Origin: Octopus vulgaris
Lineage: Eukaryota
DNA: 64,000 nucleotides
Reading direction: 5' to 3'
NCBI GenBank assembly: GCA_951406725.2
Contig: OX597816.1
Span: 124,992,001 to 125,056,000 of the forward strand
The notes beneath the pieces are model-generated. The model saw only the letters and a program-made list of their open reading frames with translations. It had not been told where the DNA came from and made no database searches. Of the stretch, positions 25,351 to 40,461 are shown piece by piece (positions within the stretch are counted from its first letter, which is position 1; each line of letters starts with the position of its first letter). Position numbers and translations under genes: made by a program.

Positions 25351-27125
25351 AACGAGCCGGGAGGAAAATTTTCACGCGTACGTAGGAAGGGTAACATCAT
25401 CTCCCAACCAAAGTATTTTGCTCACGTGGCATTAGCTTTTTGGAGGAAAAATAAAGTCGGATACTTTTTGAACGCACCTTGTATGGTCATTGTTTTCATA
25501 GGAGGTTGTATTGTTTCTTTTGAATATTATTTAAACAATATTTGTGAGGTGCCATTTAAATTGAAAAGAATCAAAAGATTTAGGGAAATATAGTAAATAC
25601 TTGACACTTGTTAATGTATGTTTCATGTGTGCATTCTTGTGATGAAAAATAGGAATATATTTGTTAAATATTTCAAAATATGGAGAAGTCGAATGTCGTA
25701 CGCTGTTATTTAATATATACTGTTACGCACTGGGAACAAATACAAAGTTTTCTGTTGTTAGCCTCGATTGTCTATTTAACGTTATTTGTTTACTTTGAAT
25801 ATAAATAGAAGATCAGTCGATTCCTATTATCGCGTTTGAAAATCGGTAATATGCGAAATTAACTTGCAATTTGTGAAATTTTCTGCTTTAAATAAATTTT
25901 ATATTAATATATTTCAGTGGATTGTTTTGCTTTTCTTCTTGAATGTTTACACCATTGTCAATTTCCTTCCAATAAATATGACTTCACTGAGCATGTTTAA
26001 CTTTGTTCTGCTTTTATATTCTTTTGTTTATCGTTGTTATTCTCTCTCTTCACCCATCTCTCTCTCTCTCTCTTCTCTATCTCTGTATCTATCTTTCTAT
26101 CTATCTATCTCACATAATCCCTTATTATTTGTAACTTAATCGATTTAAACTGTACGCCATAATTTCTTTAAGTAATCTATTATTGAACCATCAATTCAGC
26201 TCACTTTGTTGCACTTGGTCTTAAGTACATAATCTTTCAGCTCATTCGAGAATTTTCTATGGTACCCAGTGTCCTATAAGCTCTTATCCAGTAAATAAAC
26301 TGGCGGTGGCGGGGCAGATCATTTGCCATGTTGTTGTTTGTATCACAGCCTTTAAACTTTTCACTGAAGAGCGGAGTGTTCGATTATACCTAGCTGTTGC
26401 TGTCATCGTGATACGCTTATTATCGGATCTAAAGTGTCTATAGATTACGCTTAGTAGTGAATATTTAGATAAATATATAAATTGATTCAGATGTGGTTTC
26501 CACGGTATTATTATCTATATAAGTGCAAAAAGTTGAAAACGTGTGTACTTAGTTGTATTTTTCCAAATATATATCATCAAGTAATCCAAAGAGATACATT
26601 GAGAAACAAAAGCAGTTTGGAGTACATTAAAGGTGGATCACAAAAAGATATTTCCTGCCAATATGAAATGGAGCAATCTGATAGAAATCAGCTGGTCAAA
26701 TAGATGAAAGTCAGACTGAAACCTCGAAGAGCAAATTATTTCACGCGAGTCACTCATATGAGATTTTTCTAATGCCAAGTGCAAAGCCATCACTTCCGTT
26801 GAAGTTCTCTGGTGGAAGTACCTACTGGTGTGCGATGTAGTAAGGAGGGCCTCTTACAGATCTGGCTCTGCAGAGTACACTGTAGTGTGTTTCTACAGAC
26901 TGACAGATATTTATCCGGTAGGAACTTTTGAAGTGTTTGCTTCATTACGATAATAGTTACTTGTGGCGAGCCAAGCCTGGCATTAACAGTTGTGGTATTG
27001 TCTAAGTCAATTGTCTTTATCAAAAGGGGAGATCGGTAAGGTTTTCATACTGGTTCTACGTGAATACAAGGGGTGACAGCAGAGTGAAAACGTGTCTTTA
27101 GGGTAGTTGTTTTTAAGTGTATATG

Positions 27126-28354
27126 CACAAACATGCAGGAAGTAAATAGACACCTTTAATTTTCAAAATTTCTGATCTAAGCGTCTCAATATGTTTTCAA
27201 CGGTCTGGAATTTACAATGTACTTATTCTTTTTCATTACATGTACCATTATATTAAACAATTGCGAAGGGTAACCACGGCACGCACAAAAAATTCAGCAG
27301 AACTATCAGATTTTCAAAGAGGTCGTATTGTTGTGCAATTCCTCTTGCTACTGTTAATAGAATTATAGTGCAATTCAAAAGCCAAGGAAAGGAATCAACA
27401 GATTCTCGTCCTAGCCGTCCTTGGGCTCTCGGAAAGGAAGCTTCGCTGTTTGAAGAGAATTGTGATAAACAAACCCGGTTCAAAGGCTTCTGATATTGCA
27501 AAACAGCTAGAAGTTAGTCCAAGAACGTGTGTTACATATCTGCATAAACTTGGATATTATGGACGAGCAGCTAGAAGAAAACCACTCCTTCAACCAATTA
27601 ATATCATGAAAAGAAAGAAATGGGATAAGTAGATGTCAGAAAAATCCAGTTCATTTTGGGATGGAGTGATTTTCTAAGATGAATTTGAATCTTTTTCAGA
27701 AAGTGGGTATGTTTGGATCTGGAGGCCTCCCAATCAAGAATTTGATTTGAAACGACTCCAACCAACTGTAAAACATGGCGTCATCTCTATAATTATATGG
27801 GGAGCTGTCAACAGCAATGGTCGTTCTGAGCTCATTGAATGTGTTGCAACAATAAACTCTGAAAAATACATCGAAATACTTAAGCATGGTCTACTTTCGT
27901 TGTATTCACACGATAACATAACTAGAAATGAGTTTTTATTCATGGAAGATGGGGCTCCATGCCACACAGCGAAAAGGAATCAACAATGGCTGACTGAAAA
28001 TAGGATCAAAAGGCTTACGTGGCCGAACCAATCCCCTGATATGAACCCAACTGAAAATCTTTGGAGCATACTAGATAGAGCAATACAAAGACCTCGACAA
28101 AAACCTAAATCTAAAGATGAATTATTTCAATTGGTGCATGAAAAGTGGGCAGAAATTCCACAAGAGACAATCACAAAGCTCATCACTTCAATGCTAAAAA
28201 GAGTTTTTTCTGAATGAAAAACTGCAAAAAGAATGTCAACTAAATACTAAAGTATGTTGTCCAACCTATCAATTACTTTTCAGTTGTTGGCTTTGCGTAT
28301 TAAATAAAAGATTTTGAAAATTAAATGTACCTATTTACCTCCTGCATTTCTGTG
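27126..28354 (+). mobile_element. Tc1-family (DD34E) transposon with ~50-bp TIRs
   Basis: Left cacaaacatgcaggaagtaaatagacacctttaattttcaaaat matches right attttgaaaattaaatgtacctatttacctcctgcatttctgtg. TA at 28355-28356, TG (mutated TA) on the left. Confidence 0.9.
27260..28250 (+). pseudogene. Tc1 transposase pseudogene
   Basis: ARRKPLL, PTVKHGVISIIIWG, FMEDGAPCH, WPNQSPDMNPTENLW, terminal TKY*; stops and frameshifts upstream. Confidence 0.92.
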
Positions 28355-29399
28355 TAGTGCGGGTAAAACAGTTATGGATATGTTTTAGTGTGTAGCCTAC
28401 TCAGATTAGTTATGTACGTGTGGATTTGAAGAGCGCGACTGTGACGTTATGGGGTTTGTGACACTGATTAAATACTGTTTTGGTAAGTATACTATTATAC
28501 ATTTAGTGATTTTGTTGTGTAAATGTAACCATCAATGATGTGGACATATTACTAATGCTGATTGTACTCTTTAGACTGGTAAATAAGTTGGTTTGTGTAT
28601 CAGTACCGAGGGTATGAAATTGCGAGAATACAGAGGAGGTAGTGTAGATCACAGTGTAACTGGAGAGGATTTCCTGTTAGAATCCAAATGAGAATAATTA
28701 GACTAAAGTCAGTTCATTATATATACAGACACTATTTTCTAAATCATATTTATCAGGACAATAATGCTTGGTTATAAATAGAGTGATAGAAACTACTGTC
28801 TAGGGGAAAAGAAGTACATTTTCTCTGATAGTCTCGCGAGTGAAACAAACTCCATAAATATTGATGTATATGAGACTATTTTCCAATTTATTTTTGGCGT
28901 AGGAATATAGGGGAGAAACCCTATTTTAAGATTTACGACTTATCATTCACTCATTTTGTTGAGTCATAAAATTACTCCTACTGATGATGGGTTTGTATGG
29001 TTAGAGGACAAATATAAGATAGGAATATACGGAAGCCACCATACATTAAATATAAATTCAGACATTTACCCTATATCGAAGTGGTTAATCCATGTGAAAA
29101 GAATTACTTTCAGGGACTTTTGTGAGACACTGCATTGCACAGGGAGAGTGCAGTTGGCAGTAACATTCCAAGATGTGTGTTAAGATTAGCGAGATTCTGA
29201 TATGGAATCCTGAGTGCTTTTTGGGTATTATCTCTTCATTGTATAACAGCCGCTATTCATTCTCCCCAGACTACTGAAACACACATTTGCTTTTCTCAAG
29301 CCTCTGTCGTATTTTATTGTTTCAGACTCCGCATTTAACATTATGCCTCTTCTTTCCTATCCAGCTTTTTAACCCCCAAGAAAACTTGCCCACGAACGG

Positions 29400-29830
29400 T
29401 TTTCATACAGACAGCGACCTGCAGAGATTCATGTCGTATAAACAGATACGTGTAGTTTAAAAGGCTTTCAGGATCATCCCGCTTCTCACAGCTTATATAG
29501 AAAGATAGGATGTAAGACATGGATACAGACCTATTAGGAACTGCAAAATTCATCCTATTTACAATAGTAGAATATTACTTAAACCATAGCACTGCACCAC
29601 GACGACTACAACAATGCATTCTGGTCGAGAATCAACTGAGTAACAAGTATTCCAAGCACATTGTCCAAAATTGCATATTTGCAAGGAAGATCGACTCTTT
29701 CTGGATAAATAATTACGAAATTGCCACGTTTTAACATCTGCTTGTTTATTAAAAGATTTCTCAATCTTCCGAATGGCGATTTCTTTTGCAGGATATTGTG
29801 AAGGGAATGCAGCTGCATACATCATATCTA
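29400..29830 (-). pseudogene. Possible pogo/Tigger DDE transposase remnant
   Basis: RNYLS..DLPCKYAILDNVLG..DSRPECIVV..LKAF resembles the Tigger LP.K..LILDNAPGH...KAYY region. Confidence 0.35.
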
Positions 29831-32229
29831 AATGGGCATTTTCTTATATTTATTCATACAATTTTGACATAAATGTTGAGTTCAATAATCTGAAATAACT
29901 CCAATTATTTAAACAGATGTTCGTTATTATCATTTATATTAAAAACATAATTTTGTAACATTTAACAACAATGAACGCTTTGCATCTTTTGTTATGTCAT
30001 ACATGATGAGTTAAAATAGATATCCTTGTATGTACACTATCAAAAAATTAAAAAACAAAAATATCTTGGATTGGATATATCTTACGTCACTTTCATAACT
30101 AGAAATGCAAGCTAACTTTGTCAGGAACATATATACAATAGATATAAAATCAAATTTAAAATGCATATTGTCTTAATACGCAATTCACAAGCTAAAAGAT
30201 TCCTCTTTGGTTACATGTCTACTAGTTTATGCTTGTGTCTGTGTGCTTAAAACGGATACTATATCATTACTGTATCCTCATAATCGTATTCTATGAGATG
30301 CAGTCGGATTAAACAATTGTTATTGAATGTTTAAATAAAATATTGGCTCTCATCAAACAATTAATATTTCACTTCATTGCATTTAGAATGATCATGAAAA
30401 AAAATACATAATTAAAATGTAAATAAAAAGCGAATAAAATACACATGTATCTGTGAGTTTCAAACATATGTAATTTTTATAGCATAAAATATTTGTTAAA
30501 ATTACAATTTGCTTTTCAGATTTCAGAACTTCTCTTTTGAAAATTTTCATTTGATTCCTATGCCTCAGATATTTGGCAATAAACTTTTATTTTTATTCAA
30601 TAATATGGCAATAAAAATAAATTCTTCATGTGCTAAACTATTACGGATTTAATGAGGGATCTTCTATGCAAGCGTTCTGTAGTTTAAAAGAATCAGAGAA
30701 AGAACACTCAAATCACAACCTACTACCTTGAAAATGAGGAATTCATATTCGAATCTTGATTGTGACCTTGCTTAAACATGGCTAAATGGGGTAGGATATA
30801 AGAGCAACAATTACTCATAGTTAGTCAGTGAATATTAGTAAACGAATAATGAAATTATTTTAGCTTTGAACTTCAAAATTTGCGTTTTCGAAATGGTCAG
30901 AAATATGAGCGAAGTGTATAAATTTCAAATATATTTTTCACAATGCATTCGACCTGCAGTCAACTACTCTTCTCAAACTGATATTTTGGCGCTCCAATAT
31001 AATTATTTTTTAACAACTTCTGTGATATATTTTGCGCATATTAATCTTATGAACAAGTTTTAGAAGCTAACCCAAATTTCATTATTCATGGATATAACGG
31101 CACAAAATTATGGAATATTTTCGTTTTGACTCTTCAGGATTACACAAATTTGCTCCATTCGTTCTTTATAGTTTGTCAGTTAAACATAACCCGTATAAAA
31201 ACCAATTATTTTACCTTTATTTAGAAGATAAGGAAGGATACAAAAGTTAATAAATAAAGGGATGAAAAAATCTAGGGACAAGTAACTGAATTTTATGCGT
31301 GCATTTGGGTGTGAATATTTGTGTGTGAGGGTCTATTAGGTGGAGATAAGGAGAGAAAGTTTTAAAAAATGGAGAAAGATTATTGAAGTGGGAGGTTTAG
31401 AAAAGAATAAAATAGAGGGAGAGAAAGAAAAGGGGAGTGTGAGAGAAACATATAGGAAAAGGAAAGGTGAATTTGAGAGAAGAGTAACTAATTATTTACG
31501 CAGAAAATTTTTCATAATGAAAATGAAAAATCATTACAATTTACGATTTATCATCAAAAGCTTTTAATATAATTACCCAAAATTTATTAAATAACAGTGA
31601 TATCTTGACTATAAATATCAGAGCCATAATATGAAAATGAAAATAAATTACTAAAACAATTTGGAAAATATACCACGCACATATATTTTTGTTTTCTAAT
31701 CGCTGCTATTATTTCGTGATGGAATGCGCTTCAGCAATTTGATAAGCTAAATCAATTTTGGAAAGAAAATTTCATTCGAAAATGTAAACTTTATCAGCCC
31801 CTATATTTACACTGCTTCAAAAGAATTTTTTTAGTACACAGGTGAATGTTTTATTTTTATTTTTGTAACTATTTTCATTTCTTTTAAATTTGGATATTAC
31901 TTTTGTCACTTAAGATATAATTTTAAAAAGTCATATTCGCTGCATTGCTTTATTAAAAAGAAACAAAACAATTTCTTTTTGACCATTTCATGATATTCTG
32001 CTACTGCAATACACATCAGAAGATAGAGTATATTAAAGAAAACTTAGCATGGAATATCAGATCGTACATTAACTAACAACCATACATGGGCGCCATTAGG
32101 TGTACCCTATATACTGGATTTTCTAACATATTTTTTAAGTAGCGATGTAAAAGTATTTTTCTCTGTCTGAGTTTATGCATATGCATTAGATCAATAATAC
32201 GATTATGAGTTGTGTTATAACATATACAT

Positions 32230-32230
<1 letters not shown>

Positions 32231-32313
<83 letters not shown>
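32231..32313. repeat. (AAT)n microsatellite
   Basis: Directly visible. Confidence 0.97.
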
Positions 32314-32316
<3 letters not shown>

Positions 32317-32742
32317 GCCCTGATGCAGTACCAGGCAGTGGTGGCTCTCGTGGCTTCTGATTTTAGCTGATTGGAAGTGTTATAATGTACATTGCTTTGT
32401 CTTGGTATAAAATATGGGCTACAGCAAATATTCGGCTCAATACCACAGATTTGCTTGTCAGTTGTTTGACCATAACCAGTTGAGCATGGCCCTTAGTGGC
32501 TGACGATATGTGCATCTCTGATCACGAGCAAAAGTACTGGGGGAACATCATAGCCATGTGTCGAGAGGGATTCTTTGGGGTTTGAATAATTCACCTCTGA
32601 AAACATGGGTGTTTCGTTCAACATCCTTAAACAACCCTTATTCAGGGACCTTTTAAGCAGGATGGGTTACTCGAGCAGAAGAAAATTCTAACTGGGCCCC
32701 ACATGCAAGGTCATGCGCTGTTTATTTCGATATGAGATCACG
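32314..32742 (-). mobile_element. Non-LTR retrotransposon 3' fragment ending in (TTA)n
   Basis: GC-richer block abutting the (AAT)n tract. Minus-strand CCS..IFYTKTKQ resembles the C-terminus of REL-clade LINEs. Family not assigned. Confidence 0.45.
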
Positions 32743-32779
32743 TAAGACTAACGTAAAGGATGCGTTTGATGACAACAGG

Positions 32780-32917
32780 CACATCCCAATGTGTTCAATA
32801 CCATCCAACCTGAAGACACTTTTGAATACCTTAGAAATACGCCGCAACCTTGGAGTATTGCAAAAGTCAGCTTACTTAGAACTGCATGCATACTGCTTGG
32901 AGTGCTATCTGTCTGAG
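32780..32917 (+). mobile_element. R4/Dong-type LINE C-terminal fragment
   Basis: SIPSNLKTLLNTLEI..LGVLQKSA.LRTACIL..VLS*. Confidence 0.6.
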
Positions 32918-32929
32918 TTCCTTATCGAA

Positions 32930-34574
32930 TGAAGAAACTGAGAAGGTTACATGAAAGGATAGCAGAGCAACTACGTAAGTGCTTGCAGGAAATCTCAGTA
33001 CCATTATTATGAGTCACGAATCTTGAAAAGGCTAAGATTGTATCCAACTTTCGATCCATAACTTGTCTTCCGCTAATGGGGAGACTCTTGATAGGTGCTT
33101 TAGCCTGTGAGTTGTATGGATGCTTAGAAATAAGTGGGCTGCTATCAATTCAGCGGAAAATTTGCCGAACTATAAGCTGTGGAACGAAATATTCGGCTGT
33201 TAATTGATGACCTAATCATCAGAAACTGGAACAGAAGGCACACAAATGTGAGCAAGGCATCGCTTGATTATCGTAATGCATATGATGTCGTATCACGCAC
33301 TCGGTTAATAGCACAGACTATGGAAATGTATGGATTAGCAGAAAACATGAAATGCCTTATATGGAGCAGTATGAAATGTTGGAGAACTGCATTGAAAGAA
33401 GGGAAACAGATGTTAGGGGAAATAAAAATTAAGCAAAGAGTCTTGTACGGGGACAGTATATCCCCACTGATCCTTGAGCTAGGAATGATACCCTTGAGTG
33501 AAATATTGCAGAGGACAAAGTTAAGGTATGATACTGGAATTGGTAAAAGAAAGCTTAATCATTTGCTATTCGTGCATCATTTAATGTTGTTCATAAAACA
33601 TAAGACAGAGCTGGAAAGTCTAGACCATTCTGTGCGGATTTTCTCAAATGATATCAAGATGGAGCTTGAACTTTCAGAATGCGCTCTGATGCTGTTGAGA
33701 CGAGGAAGGTTTCTAAAAACAGAAGGCCTATGTATGCCAAGGCATTAAATGATGAAGGCATTTGAATCTGAAACCGGATATGGACACCTGAGAATGCTTG
33801 AGGCAGATAGATTTAAGCATTATAATATGAAATAGACTGAGAGCACAATACTGGTAGCGCAAGAGCAAGCTTTGGCCATAAATTGGAAGACCGTCTTTAG
33901 GAATGAGGAAATGTCTCCATTGTACCTAATCTGTAGTATTTGATGAAACCATAACCCATATCGTGAATGAATGACTTGCAAAATAAGTTGGTTTCGACTC
34001 AATGAGAAAGTGACTATGCTACATTAGAAACTGATAAAATAGGGTCTAAAAGGAGGTAAGCCGTAGTATGAGCATAAACCGCAGAGTGTGCAGAATAGAA
34101 GACTCGCCAGATTTTATGGAATTTCCTAATCCAAACGTACCAAGTGCTCGAGCACAACAAACCAAATCTAGTAGCAGGAGGCAAGGTGAACTACATGTGC
34201 CCTATAACTGATGTTGCATGCTACTTCGACCCACAAATAGTTAAGAAGAAATGTGAAAAAATAGACATATAGAACCCTCTTAAATATGAGATTGCACGAC
34301 TGTGAAAAAATGAGGAAGAGGAAGATCGTGCCAATTTTTGTAGGAATGTATCAGGTTGCTTCAAGAGAACTATAAAATAAATGGAAATAAAGTACCCAAA
34401 ACTGTTACAAAAGGTTTGCCTCCTTGGTACAGCCAGAATCATCAAAAAAGTATTAGATAACAGAAAAGAACAGAACAGATTGAAGGATACCATGGACAGT
34501 ATGTAAAAAAAAACCTTTATGCATGTAAGATTCCAGGAGTTTCAACAAAACCTGAGTTAAAGAATAATAATAAT
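32930..34574 (+). mobile_element. R4/Dong-type LINE, 5'-truncated and internally deleted (RT plus REL)
   Basis: SNFRSITCLPL, LDYRNAYDVV, YGDSISPL, LNHLLFVHHL (HLLFMDDL), AQEQAL, WNFLIQT..HNKPNLV, LQKVCLLGTARIIKKVL, then a (TAA)n tail. Confidence 0.85.
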
Positions 34575-34699
34575 TCTCACATCGTATAGCAGTTAATGAG
34601 AAGTCTGCTTTTCTTGCAGACGAATTGACCTATTCAGGATATAAAATATACAAACAAACATTGTAGTCAAATAGGCGAAACGTTGGTGAAAATACTAGA

Positions 34700-35700
34700 C
34701 CTATATATAATAAAGAACAGAAAGTTATTGCAGTCGTTTTGTGATCTGACCTATTTTTATGGCCTATTGACTGTAGTATATTTGAAAACGTCAGTAGAAT
34801 TTCAAACCAACAAATAAGAGATTACGAGTTTTTTTCTTTTTTGTTATGGAAGAAGAAACTCAGTGGTCTGATTGAAACATTAAAGGAAGATTTGGTTCAA
34901 TCAACTTTTGCACATATATTTGGTACAATTAACGAGGTCATAGTCACTATAAATTCCACTCAACATACAATATCATGACAACGGTTTCAGTAGGAGTATT
35001 CCGTCCAATATTATGCTATCGGAAGCTGAAAGCAACTATTCTAATGGTGAATGAGAAATTGTAACGACTGTGTGGCCTTCGCAAAGAGCGCAATCATTTT
35101 TATTGGATATAATGTTTCTTTGGGGTTAAAGATAAGTTTACAGTATCTATATCTTAGAAGAGTACTGCCTGAAATACTATATACTAGGACATTACGATAG
35201 GCAATTCATTTAGCTACTTCTGTCTATGAGACTCTCTATATAAAAGGCAATAAATCTCTCACGTTCATATCATAACTAGAATAAAATTCAATTAACAAGT
35301 CAAGGGAAAGTTCGATAGTATATCATTTATTTGATGGATGGCTGAGGGAACATTTGTGCTTGAAAGAAAAAAATACATGATGAAACAAAGAATTATGTAG
35401 CTTTTGTCTAAGATTACTGATCGTATCAAAACGAATGGAGGGAACAAATACTCAGTTTGTGAGATCAATTATAAGACACTTAAGCAAATGCTTACTGTTG
35501 ATCAGAAAATTGCTTGTGATACGGCCCTTTTGTAAAAGTTGTACGTCACAACGTCCATTGCTAGTAATAAACTGCAACTAGAAGAATGATGGTCTGGATA
35601 TTGTAATAATATCGAAAATTATGTTCGAGATCGTCCTAAATGGAACTAGATTAAATCAATACTAAGAGTTACTGATTATACTAGGTCTATTGAAGAAAAG
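34700..35700 (+). mobile_element. Decayed Gypsy RNase H region
   Basis: LSEAESNYSNGE*EIVTTVWPSQRAQSF resembles LS.AE.NYS..E.E.LA.VWA. Confidence 0.45.
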
Positions 35701-36831
35701 CTATAGTCACGGATACTTATGAATGATCGTTATCCTAAAATGTGTGTATTATAAATGTTGATGTATTTTACAGTTGTTCAGAATTCAGCATGTGTGTGTG
35801 TGTGTGTGTGTGTGCTTGTAGAAAGCAGCTTGGGAGTTGCAGATTCATGATATGCAGTGACTGATGTCGCACTTCCACTTCTGTTCTTGAAGTTAGTAAA
35901 CTTAAGAAATACATGTACTCATCTTTCAAGGAATGGAACGTCCATTGTGCAATGCATACACTAATTCATAGAAACTGGTATTTGAAAATACCTAGAAAAT
36001 TTGTGTAAATGTCTGTAGGAATTCAGTGAATCCGTTTTTAATTCAAAAGTTTAAAAAAAACATTATTTAAGAGCCGAGCATTCTATATTCCTTTGAGGAA
36101 AAATTATCCCAACCCCTGTATGTCTTATATTCGACAATGGAGTAATTGATACTCTAATTGTTAAGGTATTTATTCCATTCCTGTATATCGAACTGGTGTT
36201 TGACGTAATGGGACATATTTCTAATTGCCTAAATGTATACATAGTTGCTTGATTAGTATTTGAAAGATTTTTCTGTAAACACAACGTAAGTTTCTGTTAA
36301 AGTATTATTTGTAAGATAAACCCAAAGTTATTTAACTTAATTTTTATAAGCAATTCTACATTCATATAATTGTAAATACTACCCATGTATTAATTCTACC
36401 AAATAACCACATTGTATAAACTACGTTTCTATTGCCCCTAATGGGTATGAAAATCTTTTTATCAATTTAAAGGGTACTCTAGATATGCGCAAAAACATAT
36501 CCATCAAGCTCTGCAATATTACAAGGACAGACTCATTAAAGTAGATTCAAAGATAAATGTTTTATACCCATCTGTAACAATATTAAAATAACCTGAAAAC
36601 TAAGACCGAGTTGAAGCAAATTATTTTATGGTTTATCGTTTCATAACGGTTAAATGCTTGTACGATGTTGGTAGGATATTTCTCTATTTTGTAGACTATA
36701 ATAACTTTAACAAAATTATATTTAAGATTAGCGACATTTAATCCAAAACCTTCTCTTCCTTTATAGCTACTACAAATAAAATAATCTTTTCAGTACGAAT
36801 ATACAAAAACGATTTTTTATATATCGGTCAC

Positions 36832-37038
36832 AGATTTGGGCATAAAGCCGACAATTTGGGGGTAGGAGAACATTTTTTACATTGACCCTAGTACTCAACT
36901 GGTAATTATTTTGTCGACAACGAAAGAAGGAAAGGCAAATTCGACCTCGTTAGAATTTGAACATAGAACGTAAAGGCGAACAAAATTCTGCAAAGCATTT
37001 TGCCCGGCATGCTAACGATTCTGCCAGCTCGCTTCCCT
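36832..37038 (-). mobile_element. SINE family B
   Basis: gaaaggcaaattcgacctc...aatttgaacatagaacgtaaag...gctaacgattctgccagctcgc on the plus strand; homologous to 44060-44291. Confidence 0.8.
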
Positions 37039-38464
37039 AACGCTTTATGAAATATAAACAACTCTAATATATGCTCCCTCCGAACGGCAAGTATACTTCT
37101 AAAACATAAGTTCTAAAACATAACTTCGGACTCTCTTCAAAATAAGTGTATAACAAAACCGATATAAGCCATACTGAAGTTATATTAAAATATCGAGGCA
37201 ACATGTATATATTCATCTATCATATATACAAACATAACAGGGGTTTTAAGATCAACTTAACCTTCCTAAAATCGCTTTTATAGGTATGTTTTATTGCCTA
37301 CACGTGTCTCTACATTAATAGCCCCCAGTTGTTGTGATCATATCTCATGGAAATATTTAACATAATTTTAGACACACGATTCTGAATAAAAAGTTGCAAT
37401 AGCTGAATTTGTTCAGGCATTTCCATCGATAATTATCGAGGTATTTCCAAAATGCCAGCTGTATAAAATACATTTCTTACATGCTCGATTTGCCGTACTC
37501 TAAAATAAAGGCACGTATTTGGAAAAAAATACTTAGCATTACAATTGTATTACACGTGGCCAATTTCCTAATTTCATATTTCTACTGAATGATATTGCAT
37601 ATGCGAAAATGTTTATCTCTGTGAATATATGAATCTATAATGATTTTTTGCGTATGACAATTGAATATATGTACGTGTAGCAGCAATCAAATCTCGATAG
37701 ATAATCAAATTTCAAACATTTTGTGGATATTTTTTTTTTTTTTTTGCTGAAAATTATCCATGCAACTTATCTAGTTGAGTAGTTTCAATAGTTAGCAGCA
37801 TGAAACTCAGAGTAGAGATACACACATAAGAATAAACATATACATACATACACACACACACACAAACATACACACACACATATATATGCATAAATGCATA
37901 TGTATATGTGTGTGTATACATACATACATATATGAGTGTGTGTCTGTGATGTTATACGCTATAACGTGCTATTATGGCTTATATTCCTCCGTACGTGACA
38001 ACTCTGTGAGCAGAAACTGCAAAAACACACATAATAATGTAACCGTTCGACACAGTGTTATATTACAAAGCGAGCGCATCATTCCTTATTATGTAGTATC
38101 ATGTAATATTATAGATTGCTACTTCAAAGCTTTATCTCAAAAGAGTAAAGAATAAATGGGTTAAATCTATTTTCTCTTATAATTGCATTATGCCCCAAAT
38201 AACTGATATTTAGTAGTATACTACCTCTTTGTGCTGTTTTTGCACATTACTTACTTTGATATCGTTAATATTCCTGATAAGCAACACCAAACATGAAATC
38301 TTTCTCATAGCAAAAGCAAACAATGTTAGCAAAGTGCAATTTCTCTTAATTCTGACATTTTACCTTATTAATTCGCTTGTAAAATTTGATATCCCAAACA
38401 TGTTCGAGAGCGAAGAATGTTCGATCTAGGTTGTGATTCTAATCTGAAGAATGAAGATCTATTC

Positions 38465-38508
<44 letters not shown>

Positions 38509-40344
38509 CACACGAAAAGCACGCACATATAATTTATATATATGTATATATATATGTGTATATATGTATGTACATATATACACACACGTATACATATATA
38601 TATATACACTCGTATATATGGATGTACGTACATATATGTGTGTATGCATGTCCAACAGACACACATACGCCCAAAATATATATATATGCAGATATACACA
38701 TCACACACATATGTACAGGTATAATCATTGTATCAAATAACACATCATTACAAATAGATTAGTGATAGAATTAAAGATACTATCAATCATCGAACGACAT
38801 TGGAGCAGTTATCATGTACTAAACCACAACAATATGAATGAATATGCAGAGGATACCAATAATCTCCAGCAATACACTGAGATTCTGCGGTATTACAATA
38901 GATATAGTTTTATTATTTATTTGAGGCTTTTGCAAAGTAAAGGCAAAGAGTTGAGAAGTATAAGGTTTGCAAGTGTTTCTGAGATAATTATTACATCGTG
39001 CAAAAACAAATGTTGTTGGATTGGCGAGTGATGTTACCGTTATTTATATAAGATTAAAATACCAATAACAATGGAGTGTACACTACACAAATCCTTAATA
39101 AATGACTGTACTATATCTTTTTTATTGAAGAATAGAAGTGTTACATCGTGTGAAAAAGAACCGTCATCAGATGAATATGTGTAAGAACTAAACATTTTGA
39201 ACATCTCAATAACAAGTCAGAAGAGCCATTTTAACATTTTATCAATCAGTACAATTGTGTCGACCAAATTAGCATCGATCCCACACAGGTAGGATACTTA
39301 ACATCTGGTTTAGGAGCATCCGTCGGTGTAGATATGTCTATTCGGGTGATAATTAGATATATCTCGTTAACATAACTGTTCTGCAAGGTATCTTCTCACT
39401 TCGTGTAAAGAAATGCAGCAAATTAAAGGACATATATTTATATAAAAGATCAATAATAATAAAAAATAACATGCAAAAAAGAAACGAATGCACAATACGG
39501 TAAAAAAAAGTTAAATATAACTGTTAACGGATATGGATGTACAAACGCTCTTACGTAAGTTGTATGGCACATGTGCACTCGCGCATGCAAAAATCCACGA
39601 AGATAAAAGCATATGCACTCGTAAATAGCGACTTTGTGTTTATAAGAATGGGGAGGTTAGAGCTAAATTTAATTCATCCATACCTTAAGGTGAATTATGA
39701 TTATTAATTAGGTTAACGGTTACTCAAATTCATTCTCACTTCAATATGGGAATATTGGTAATTAAGTTGCTTGATCAACTCTATTATCCGCTCTTAAATT
39801 AAACTTTCATTGGCCCGTAGAATCTTAACTAAATTTTCATGCTAAATAACCGTACATGGAGCATGTTAAAGATATGTTTGAGTGTAAATCAACTGTTTTT
39901 TGTATATTTTACGCCTGGAAGTTATATAAAATGTCGTTCACGTTCAACATTCCATTTCGTTGCACGGTACCAAGTAATTCATTGTTATAAATCCAGCTAC
40001 CTGAACACCAGGTAGTACCTCGCGTCCATTTCGTACACACGCGCACGCACATACAAGCATATACATGTGTGTGCGTGTGTCTGTGGGTGTATGTATACAC
40101 ATCACATATATATATGTATGTATATACGTATGTTCTTATATATATATATATATATATATAAACGATGAAACGATCGTAGTGTTTTACTCTTTATCTTTAA
40201 TTAAACTTTTAATACTTTTGATATATATTTAAAATAATATATATTAATTAATTTTATGTATTGGCTTATGTTTTTCATTGTTTGATTTGCCTAATAGTGG
40301 TTTTATATCTAATTTAATATAATATATATATATATATATGTGTG

Positions 40345-40406
<62 letters not shown>

Positions 40407-40461
40407 CATGCAAATGTATGCTTTTATGTGTATATACGTGTGTATATGTATATAAGTATGT

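Noticed and set aside
38368-38762. Several overlapping YI/HT/CV-rich ORFs (also near 5.0, 8.0, 15.1, 23.2, 58.3, 60.2 and 61.8 kb)
   Set aside because: Dinucleotide microsatellites lack stop codons; no coding evidence.
40165-40182. GAAAC-GATC-GTA, the 3' half of a hammerhead
   Set aside because: No CTGANGA box or stem II upstream (a (TA)n tract is there instead); too little to call.
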